Source: Hormiphora californensis
Taxonomy: Eukaryota; Animalia; Ctenophora
Assembly: GCA_020137815.1 (NCBI GenBank)
Contig: CM035355.1
Location: forward strand, 2,046,001-2,110,000
Direction: 5' to 3'
DNA length: 64,000 nucleotides
This document shows positions 35,075 through 45,600 of the stretch, piece by piece; within the stretch, counting starts at the first letter, position 1; every line of letters starts with the position of its first letter. A program made the position numbers and the translations under genes. The notes beneath the pieces were generated by a model. It was not told where the DNA came from, made no database searches, and saw only the letters and a list, made by a program, of their open reading frames with translations.

Positions 35075-36828
35075 CAGAACCCTTGCTCAATCAACAGTTG
35101 GGGCAAGACTATCAACTGTAAAATATAATACACAGGGTGCAAACAAAAATTGTGTTCTTACGTTATTCAATTTCCGTCCGTATAACGTTCTCCTTAGTTT
35201 CTTGCTGATCGGCTTCAGGTGCATGAAATTACAAAACCCTGAAAAGACAAAATTAACTCTGGGTCTACCGGGGACTTATATATTACTATTTAGTTCCCAG
35301 AGAAAGTGAGGGGGGACAAACAAACATACTTCTCCATAATTATCACTCAGATATTATCAGGTGCCTGTATACATAACACCGTGAAAATGTGTTACACTTA
35401 CACACTGCCGCCCTGTTTGATGAACTGCAACACTAGGTATAACTTCCTAGATGCTACAAGGGGGAGGCGGGCGAATCGTTATCAATGTTGATATTGTACC
35501 GAGATAGATATATAGATGGGGTATAAAATATAGAATCAGAGAGATAGAGAAAGAGAGAGAAAGAGAGAGAAAGTGAGAGGATATATTATCGGAGTCGTAC
35601 CTGCACGGGAGCACTCGCCCATTTCATACTGCCTACAGCAGGCCTCACGGAAATCCGTAACCGGCGATAACTCAGCTCGGATTGGCGCACCGTTATACCT
35701 TGTAGTGAAGGGTATTTTATTGCAAAATATCTTGCTCCCTCTAGATTCTTTAGTCTAGACTCGTGCCTGTCAAGTAACTATATCTCTGCCCCACCCAACC
35801 ACCCACGAAGATCATCTAGGAATGTGAGTCTCCCTCCCTAGTGCCCCTTATAGAAAACTAACTATCCCTTCAGCCCCTACCGCCGCTTTTAGAAACACAA
35901 ACCATCATACCATCGATTGTGACCCCCTCCCGATATAATAGCACCCACTATAAAAAACAACCTAACGTCTAGAACATACCATCGGTTGTTGAGCGCCTGT
36001 ACACATGGTTTAGATGAGACTTCTTTAACAAACTTTATGTACACATTTCCCATCAAGTGATCGCCCAGATTATCACACACGTTCATTTCATCAATCTCAC
36101 CTGACAGAAGTAGAAGGGGTTGACTGACAGCATATCATGGTTATTGGGTACTAAAATATTCATACATCATTGTTGTTTCATTTGCTGAACTGTGTAGTGT
36201 GTTCTAGCTAGATTTGTCATTAAATCAAAAAGTATTGGATCCTTACCGTATTCCTCTTCTATCTCGACAAAGACATCCTCGAAAAAAGTATCAAAGTTGT
36301 CCTGGAGCTGGTTGTCCGAATAAGGTGAAACTGAAGTGAGATAGAAGGATAGGAAAATGGAAATAACAAGAGAATAAGGTGAAACTGAAGAGAGCAGAAG
36401 GATAGGGAAATATAAATAGCAAGAGACAGAATGAAATCAAATCTCCCGCCCTTTTCATATATATTATGTGCCCAACTACACAGAAAATACACCAAACACG
36501 GAAACCATTATACTGCCTTTTACTGGCCCTGAATTACTGTACTAAATACTAAAGTGTCTAACAACTAAAACATATCTAAATATGCCTGTTAACAGTCGCA
36601 TTTAGATATCTTTTAGTTCTTACTTCCAAGTCCTGCTGGATCGAGTATAGCGTTAGTCACGGCAGGTGATTTGTACATGTTGACCAGGACAATGGTCTGG
36701 GAGAATGTGGGCCGGTTGTGTATTCGGGTACAGGTGTCACCATGCCTACAGGCACCTATCTTAAAATAAAATGTGCAGTTAACTTTATCCTTCTCCGTAC
36801 CAAATATCGATGCCAGGTACTCGGCCAT
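35075..36828 (-). CDS. U2AF1: Splicing factor U2AF small subunit (U2AF35); 3' end uncertain
   Basis: Matching segments are [80 protein letters not shown] and [12 protein letters not shown]. Exons are 36828-36624, 36330-36247, ~36100-35980, ~35698-35601 and ~35237-35162. Confidence 0.95.
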
Positions 36829-36996
36829 CCTAGAACAAGGGTGGGGGAATGTTAATACAGCGTGTTAACACAACTAGTTAACATCCTAGATCGGTGGGGG
36901 GAATGTTAATACAGTGTGTTAACACAAATTAAATAGTTAATATCCTAGATCGGTGGGGGGAATGTTAATACAGTGTGTTAACACAAATAGTTAACA
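36829..36996. repeat. ~58-bp tandem repeat x3 immediately upstream of the U2AF1 ATG
   Basis: Unit is ATCCTAGA..GGTGGGGGAATGTTAATACAG(C/T)GTGTTAACACAA. Confidence 0.85.
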
Positions 36997-37132
36997 CATG
37001 AGCATGGGGTTGTTGACACTGTACAAAGATAGAGGTGTATTAGAAAGATTGGTATTACACAACAATATTCTAACTCCATTTCATTGTCTCAACATCACAG
37101 TACAAAATAACTTAATTCACCACACATTGTCT

Positions 37133-37605
37133 TTATCCTTGACTGCCGTACTTTGCCTTGTACACGTTCAAACATGCAAAGTAATCTTCCACAATACCCC
37201 TGCAGGAAGCCTTGTAATCAGTTAGATTGTTGATCCAGCAGTTAGTTGCCGCTTCGTTGTAAGCTGATACTGTCATCCTATCCTTGTACATTTCACTCTT
37301 GTACCTAGGAGAAAGCAGAGGTTTGTTGTCGAATTCAAATTCAAATAAATTAAACACAATAATGAACATAGGAGATGCATTTCACAGCAAGGTGAGACAC
37401 TTTGTTCTTACCAATTCTGGTAGCGACGGAATTGTACACTCAGGCTTTCTTTTCCATCCTCGTTGAATGCCCGTTTGAAATCTCGGGCAATTTTTCGGTC
37501 AGAATCAAAATACTTGGCAGCGGCTCCAGTGCTGTCGGGCTGGTTATCAGGGAGGGTTGTACCGAACTCCTTTAAGGTGTTTCGGTCATGAGGCTGCCGT
37601 AACAT
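37133..37605 (-). CDS. NDUFB10: NDUFB10-like complex I accessory subunit (2 exons)
   Basis: The C-terminal pattern W..D-x13-C-x11-C..VEDY....Y..KY..G has the same spacing I recall for NDUFB10 (PDSW). Sequence identity is low. Confidence 0.6.
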
Positions 37606-37922
37606 CGCTGTAACATCATGGTTGTTTAGTTCAACAAAAACAAATTCAGAGTTCTAACAGTTTTATAATGAGCTTCCTCAGGCCTCAACTGTAGAGACAT
37701 TCGAGAAGGCGGTAGTTTTGTTGGCAAACGTTGCTGGGGATAAGGCAGCGCTTTTCAAGTAGTTTTGCAAATTCACGGAGGACTGAGGAGATGGGGCGCT
37801 GGCCACAGGCCAACGCTGAACCGGGGAGCCTGAAACACATTCCAAGGTCTACGCTACAGTCCCAGTATCAGGCGGCCTTTAAAAGCACACCGCATCACGC
37901 ATGTCAGACTCGGACAAAGTTA

Positions 37923-38173
37923 AAATCTGGGTGCCTTTCATTGCTAACAATTCATCGATTTTGGCGGTCGAGACGGGTTAGGGCTGCTGTTAGGGTCTGG
38001 TTAGGGTTTGGTTCGGGGGTATCGTTTAGTGCTATAAGATGCCGTTTAGTTTACTCAAATCGGCCATGTGGTTGTGTGGCTATAGCCGTTTGAAAAAAGT
38101 TAGTCGAGAGAATAAAAGTGTACTCTTTTTTGCTAGCGCGCACCTGTAAACAAGCTTCAAGGCACCCAGATTA
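37923..38173. mobile_element. MITE copy 1 (TIR AATCTGGGTGCCTT) with internal TTAGGG-like motifs
   Basis: Inverted termini, with a close paralog at 40397-40647. Confidence 0.7.
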
Positions 38174-38224
38174 TAATCGCGCCCGTCGGACTCCGAATTT
38201 GGAAAAACAATAAATTATAATAAA

Positions 38225-39680
38225 TTACCCACACACCGTCATACTCTCATACTCCCTCTCTCTGCTCACTCTGTCTCGAAAGTCTACATCTTCCACACTG
38301 ACTGGGACAACCCTTCTCTTGGTTCCCCGAAGCGCAACAAGAGTTGATCTTAACAAACTGAATCGTGTCTTTTCTCGGATGAAGGACATGGTTTCAGCGT
38401 AACTCTCCTTGTGCCTGTCACAGATCTTCCTGGCCGCTCGCTCCAAAACCTTCCCTACTTCTCCGGCAAAACCTCCCGACGTGGAGAATACGAGGGGCGT
38501 GAAGGAACCCTGCTCCACTTCTTGCACCCTTCGCATATAGGCAAGTTTCTTCTGATTTTGGTGCTGTTTATACAGGTTCGTGATGGGCATCTTCAGGTAG
38601 GATGGGGCATTAGGATGGAAAACCCGTACATCCATGAAACTGGCCTGCATGTCAGACCATAAGCCACGACAGACTATGTCCATTCGTGCTTCAGCTTTGA
38701 TATTTGCACTGATTGGCAGGTTGAATCCGTCACAGGGCTGTAACGGGTTTAAATCCCGCATACCGAAGGATATCGGCTAAGGTATCCCGAAGGTGGTCAT
38801 GTCTCCACATATCAAAGCCTCCAACCTTGCAGATCAAGGCGTGGTCACTGGTGTTTTGTGCCCCACAGCCGCATTTCCCTATCAGGTCCGGGAAGTGGAA
38901 GCCGTATCTGAGCCGAATGGCATCGACAAACTCAACCTGGTTGAGCTCATGGCCCAGTTTCTGCAGCGGTCGAGCAGTTAGCCAACTAGAAGCACCGGGT
39001 TCGGAGCACAGCTCCATCGCACGCTGTGTCTTCATATCAAGTACTGCAAAAATATCTGCACGTTCCGTTGCATGCCTCTCATCAGTGGCGTCGGCACACT
39101 TCTTCTTCAACTTTCCGCTTTTCATCTCGGCATCCATGATGTTATTTGGACAGTCCTCTTCCGCCAGGATAAGAGAAACTAGTGGTCCAGTAGCAAAACG
39201 GGAATTATTGTATTTATTTCTGGATCCCTAGATCCAAGAGCATATTTTATCAATCTGCAGTAAGCAGAGACAGTATATTTCATCATCCGATTTAAATGTT
39301 GTTTAACTAACAAGACCTACCTTCAGAAAAATACCATCTTGCAATAATAATTGGAAATCCTTGGTATAGAACTAACCGCTTTTGAAACGAGAGTTAGTGA
39401 GACGAAGTCCGCACCAAGTGATGCAAGTAGTCAAGACCTAACAGAACTCGTGTTGTTCTTTAAAATATGGACAATGAAAAGCGGACAATAAATGTATATT
39501 TGTATTTGTATTTGTATTTGTATTTGTATTCTTGATTAGCCGTTTGTACCGGATTTTCCAATGCCATACCTCCCATCTTGACGGGGAGTGCTAGGATCCT
39601 CCTCTCAATGTCAGAGATATGCTTTCCCACAAATAGGGGTATCAGCTTGTGCCCCTCGACCACCCGCACAGTCTTGTTCC
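38225..39680 (-). mobile_element. 5'-truncated CRE-clade-like non-LTR retrotransposon (RT tail, Zn knuckle and restriction-like endonuclease), frameshifted
   Basis: Motifs are LPVKMGGMAL, ASSWL, CGCG..DHALICKVGG..RHD, RMDI..FMDVRV..KKLAY and FTPLVFSTSGG. Confidence 0.8.
39215..39530 (+). mobile_element. Short 5'-truncated retroelement insertion with a (TATTTG)n tail, inside the CRE-like ORF
   Basis: Flanked by a duplicated TTGTATT. Removing it restores QEYNNSRFATGPL in the host ORF. Confidence 0.65.
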
Positions 39681-39771
39681 TTGTTATTTTTATTTTTAAT
39701 AATGTGAACGGGGGGCGCGCACAAAATTCCACTTAATTCCATTTGCGCGTGCTAAATTCTGTTCTTGACAA

Positions 39772-40055
39772 CAGGGGCGAAGCAAGGCTGGGTCCTGTGG
39801 GTCCAGGACCCACTTTTTGGACGAGAGAGGAGAAGAAAATGAGAAAACTTGCTAAAAAGTGAAAATATCGGCAAAAGCAACCAAAAAACAACCAAAAAAA
39901 GTGAAAAAATGAGCCGATTTTCAATTGAAAAAACGAATGCGCACAAGAAAAAACTTATGCGGCAGCGCTGGGTCCGGACCCACTTCGCTCGTTACATTTT
40001 CTGCAGCGCTGGACCCAAAATTTTTTTTGTGACTGAACGCCGCGCACCGCCCCTG
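39772..40055. mobile_element. hAT-like MITE
   Basis: TIRs CAGGGGCG and CGCCCCTG with an 8-bp TSD CTTGACAA. Confidence 0.85.
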
Positions 40056-40396
40056 CTTGACAATCTTAAGACTTGATCCCAGAAGTATCGAAAAGATAAT
40101 TTTAAGACTTTTCAATGCAACCAAGAGCAGGTCTTTATCTTAACAGGAGCCAGAGATATGATCGAAACAATCGGAAAAAAACTTTCCCACGGTACGTGGG
40201 AAAGTTTTTGCGCGCCCCCGGTTCACATTATTAAAAATCGGACTTTATAACCGAAAAATTTAAAAATTTGCAACTGTGATCCGTTTTGATTTGAAAAGCG
40301 CTGCCTTATCCCGCGCTGCGCGTGGCGCAGAACATCGGGGGCCAGCAACATTTGCCAACGTTTTGATTGGAATGCGCTGCAGCCCGGAAAACGTTA

Positions 40397-40647
40397 AAAT
40401 CTGGGTGCCTTTCATTGCTAACAATTCGTAGTTTTGGCGCGCGCGACGGGTTAGGGCTATCCGTTAGGGTCTGGTTAGGGTTTGGTTTGGGGTTATCGGT
40501 TAGGGCTATCGATTCTCTAACTGGTACCGTTTAGTTTACTCAAATCGGCCATGTGGTTCCATGGCTATAGCCGTTTGAAAAAAGTCGGTCTAAGTATACT
40601 CTTTTGGTAGCGCGCACCTGTAAACAGGCTGCAAGGCACCCAGATTA
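40397..40647. mobile_element. MITE copy 2 (paralog of 37923-38173)
   Basis: Same TIRs and internal sequence. Confidence 0.7.
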
Positions 40648-41039
40648 TAATCGCGCCCCTGCATCCCCCTCATGCACGCACCCCCGCCTGCACCCCCGCC
40701 TACAGCGTATGCCAACCGTTTTGACCAAGCACAGCTCAGGCCTCATTCTGAGCTGCTTAGAACAGCTCTCAAATCTTAACATCTAAGTAAAGCTTTTGGG
40801 GTAAGACTATCCTCGCTGCGTGAGACCGCTTCACAGTTCACGGTCTCATGCAGCGGGCAGCCGCACCAGGCCGAAAACCCGGTGCGGAGAGGACAAATAA
40901 ACAAACGCTTCAGCCCCTCTGAACTCATCCGGTTGTACAACTAGAGCCTAGTCCAACAAGGAGTCAACACACGAGTCGATCTGCCCCTGAGGTGCCATCC
41001 TAGTCCAACCTTGAGTTCATTAACATTTCCGGTATCCTT

Positions 41040-41560
41040 GACCCATTTTGGAATTTTATTTCATAGTTTTGCCCCAAGAACCGAAAAGGACTTTTCAGAC
41101 ACAGTCGACGCCAATTAAGAGATCACCACTGAGGGGTGTCAAAATTCAAATCCGGGTCCGTTTGGGGCTAGTCTTTTGCAGATATTGAACAGTTGTGTCA
41201 TGTCATAGCGCTCTGTGCCTCTGAATGGAATAAAAATCAAGGAAAGCGAGTCTTTCTCAGTAGTCCAAGTCCTGAAAGCCTGGTAAAATTTCGCTGTACC
41301 TGCTCCAACTGGGTAATTTTACCAACCGATGACGGGTTCCACAATGCAAAATGATATTCTAGGATTGTACGAATCAACGTTTTGTAAAGAGTCATCATAA
41401 CCTTTAAACTGATCTGTATTTGATAGCACCCAGAATCCAGTTTGTAACCCTTGATGCTGATACTGATACTTTCTCGATATGTGGCTTCCCCAACCCATCA
41501 TCTGACAGGAGAACACCAAGATCCTTTACAACCGGAGAGGATGTTAAACGCCACATGTGA
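41040..41560 (-). mobile_element. Degenerate LINE RT C-terminal fragment
   Basis: VKDLGVLLS..HIEKV..NWIL is followed by frameshifted remnants of the region downstream of the RT domain. Confidence 0.6.
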
Positions 41561-41857
41561 TAAGCGCCCAAAACAATTCCGCCTGCGACAAATAAATAGG
41601 GGGGGGGGGTTGAACAGTTGAAAAAAGGAACTTTAGAATTTAGATTGATGCTAATTAGACAACTCATTAGTAGTACCGTGTCACGTGTCAGCATCACACT
41701 AGGCCGGACCTGCATGCACTTGGAAACAAGGAATATTACAGCGCTAGGAAAACATAGTGCAAATAATCTTGATCTTGTTTGTTGCTCATTGGAAGTCAAT
41801 TGATTGATTATTTTGGATCTCATTATTTTGTTTCTCGTTGAAATGCCTCAGACCATT

Positions 41858-42240
41858 TTTTCCCTGCCCGGGTGATTGCCGAAGGCAATCACCCGGGACG
41901 ATGTTTTTAGCACGCACGTGCTAAAAAGATCATTCAGGGTTTAGAAATCAGCAGATCGTGTAGTTAACTAAAATGTCCGTCCGTCCGTCCACCGTTACGG
42001 CGCCGCGCACATAACAACCGATCCGTTTTGAAAGCGTCGTCCGCAAAGTTATTACACTACGGATTTCGGTGGCGCGCGCTCAAAATTTGCTGCGCGCGGC
42101 GCTCTTAATGCAGCGTATGTATACACACCTCGCGCGTTACAGCATGGCGCCGCTACTAGCGCTCGAATGGATTTAACTTCTTAATCAATCTGATCGAAAC
42201 TAAAAGCTCAGCTCGTATGGTGACTGACGGAACGTGAGAA
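41858..42240 (+). mobile_element. Putative non-autonomous Helentron/DINE-like element
   Basis: It begins after a T-run, has the hairpin CCGGGTGATTGCC-GAA-GGCAATCACCCGG and a (GTCC)n microsatellite at ~41975. The 3' end is approximate. Confidence 0.55.
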
Positions 42241-42690
42241 GTTCCCATGCATAGCTTAGTGTCACATAACATTGTAATTAGGCGTTGGCGACGACGATCA
42301 GATCACATTGCACGGTATCATCTAGTGTGGGCGGCGCTTAAGAGATCTCATCGCAGATCGCTTATCAGTGAATGTGATCGGTTTGAGTATTCGTTGGCAG
42401 GGAAACACAGCATTATGAAACATAATGCAATAATAATTCTTGTTACAGGATGCATTTTTGGGGAGAAAGTCATTTAAATAGTTTTGCAATTCACTCGTAA
42501 CATTTTATTTTCTAGCCACAATCTGCCCCTTTTTCACCAGATCGCCTGCTGTAAAGATTGTTTTTGTATTTTAGAGAAGGCAAAAAGTACCTTGAACAGT
42601 ACAGCTTTAACTAACTGCATTTTGAACCCTTGATGACCGAACTAACCGAATTTAATCTTTTAGTAGGCAAGGGAACTCGGGGCCGCAACC

Positions 42691-45600
42691 ATGACCGACT
42701 TTGCCCTCGATGAGACGGCTCTGCCCATCGCCAATGCTTTTAACAAGGGTCTCGAGGGAAAGCGAAAAGACCGTGATAACCAATTGTACACGATCGAATC
42801 TGAGATCAAGGAAAAGAGAGCAAGGGTAGAGGCCATGTCGGAGCATCTGAAAAATGTTCAGCAGGAATTGAATATTACCCAGAATTTGGTTTCTGCTCGA
42901 GTGAAGGAAATTGAGTCGGAGCATCACATGCGGATGATGGCTGAGCGGGAACATGGCCGGTTTAATCTAAATATAAAACGGAAAAAGAACGCTGTTGAGG
43001 AGATAAAAGATCGACAGAACTCCCATGAAAACAGCCTGTTCCGGTACAGCCAGAAGATCGAACAGATCAAACAACAGATGAAATGGAGCCAGAAGGAATT
43101 GGAGGACTGGCTGGAAGAGGCCTCTCATCGGGATGAGGATGCCATGACGTTAATGAAGTATGCCAAGATCGATGATGCTAAGACGAAGGAGTTGACATTG
43201 AAACTTGAGAAGCTGACTGAGGACAAGACAAAAAAGAAGAAGTTGCTAGAGGGAGAAGTCACCAACACCCTTACGACCCAGGTAACTTGTTTTGTAGGTC
43301 TCTCTAGCTCCCTCCCTTTCTCTTTCTCCCTCCCTTTCTCTTTCTTTTACCTGTATATCTCTCTATATCTTTATCTCACTCAAACACACACACTTAACTC
43401 ACTCACTCTCTCTCCCCGATCCCTTCTTTTTCTCAGATTGAACTTGATAAGACTGCTGAAGCGTTCAAAAAAGCCCACGATGATCGACTGGAAGTTTTAG
43501 AACAATGGGAAACGATTATCAGTGAGTAACTTACAAATATATCTTCATTCGGACCCCAATTTGGTTTCATGGGGGAGGGTAGTGGCCGGGTAAATCAAGG
43601 TTCATGAAATATCGGGGTGGAATATTGTTAGTTTCCTATACTTAGGCAATTAATCCGTCCCATCACGGATTCCGGAAATTCGGGGGTCCGGGAAATCGTT
43701 ACCGAGTTTACTAAGATTGTGATATTTCCAGCCCAGATGCAGCGGCGAGATGAAGAAATGGAGCGGTGTGCAAATGAGTTACAGGCCCTTAAAGAAATGA
43801 TCAAAGTTACTGAAACGATGATGATGGAAAAACAACAGTTTCTGGAACAGGAACAACAGAATAATCACGAAAAGGAAAAAGTGGTTGATGTGGCAGAGCG
43901 ACAGGTAAAATATACCGGTCAATTTTCGATCAATTGGTGAATCTAACTATATCTAATGCAAATTTGCACGGAAATATGACACCCTATCGTCAATGTGACG
44001 ACGTGATCCGTCAGTGTGACGACGTGATCCGTCAGTGTGACGACATGATCCGTCAGTGTGACGACGTGATTCGTAGGTATCACGTATCACACGTGTTGAG
44101 AACTGCTTGCGACTTGAGGGGTCACATCACAAAAAAAAGGCCCCCCCTAGACCACCATAGTTGCCGATGTGGTGGAGAGCTGTAACTTGGCAGGGTTGCT
44201 CCACTATGTCTATCTTGATCCTGACAGAAAAATCAGAGCTCTAGCTCAAAATTCATTTTCATGAACGGAATGAACTTCTCCGTTCCTTCGATATGAGACC
44301 CCCTCATCATTCAGAATTTTTTTGCCCGTCTTTGGCTAACGATTATCTTTGTAATGAGACCAATTTGAGCATAATCTGATTACCAGGAGAGACACAGTGG
44401 AGGGTTTCCCGACCGTCACTCCTGACATGTGATCCAGGCCCGGTCACGTGGTGAAAAGTGGGTTTGGGTGCTGTTAACATGTCTCAATAACGGATTATTG
44501 CTCTCATATCCCTTGAATATCCCTCCACAATGCTCTCAAGTCACTTTGTGATGCTGATTGATTGGGTTCATGTCAACAGTTCTTGTCAAAGTTCTCAAGC
44601 GGCCCGTGATACGAGATCATTTCATCAAGGAGGGGCCATCTTGTGTCACTAATCAGCCTATCATCTCACATTACACTAGCCAAGGGATCTGGGGTATTTA
44701 AATCTTCAAATGCTCATCAAAATCATTCCCAATCGTTACTTGCAATGCATGCCGGCCAAACTTGATAAAGAACTCCTGTTCGATGGTGAGGTAGAGGGTG
44801 TTGGTTTCCTTCTTGAGCCAGATGAAGTTCCTCTGTTCGGGTGTAAAATGCATTGCAAGTAACGATTGGGAATGATTTTGATGAGCATTTGAAGATTTAA
44901 ATACCCCAGATCCCTTGGCTAGTGTAATGTGAGATGATAGGCTGATTAGTGACACAAGATGGCCCCTCCTTGATGAAATGATCTCGTATCACGGGCCGCT
45001 TGAGAACTTTGACAAGAACTGTTGACATGAACCCAATCAATCAGCATCACAAAGTGACTTGAGAGCATTGTGGAGGGATATTCAAGGGATATGAGAGCAA
45101 TAATCCGTTATTGAGACATGTTAACAGCACCCAAACCCACTTTTCACCACGTGACCGGGCCTGGATCACATGTCCCAATCACATTAAAGACCATCCACCT
45201 TCGTTGAGTTCTGAGCAGCGTGAGCTTACTCGGCCCCACCGAGTCTTCATGACTCCCTGAAACGTTGAGTACCCTCAACAGCCCGCTAGGATATGGATTC
45301 CATCTCGGCAATCCAATCCAACTTTGTTACCCACCAAACACTAGTTGAGCATACTCAACCCCACCACCAGTTCCCAGAAAGTCCAGGGTTGCTGGCACCT
45401 TCACGAACTCTCCCATTTCTTATACGTGTTTTATATTTGTGAGTTTTGCTTGCCTGCTGCAGTTTTTTCCCGTCCCCCTGAGTTTTATTTTTCTACGAGA
45501 TTTATTCTTTTTTTTTACTACTACACGTTTTATTTTTTATATCGCTCCCCCTTTTTTCCCCCGGTAATCTTTAACCCTGCCCCTGTTGACCACTTTACGC

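Noticed and set aside
37975-38010. TTAGGG motifs as an interstitial telomere
   Set aside because: There are only scattered degenerate copies inside a dispersed MITE, not a telomeric array.
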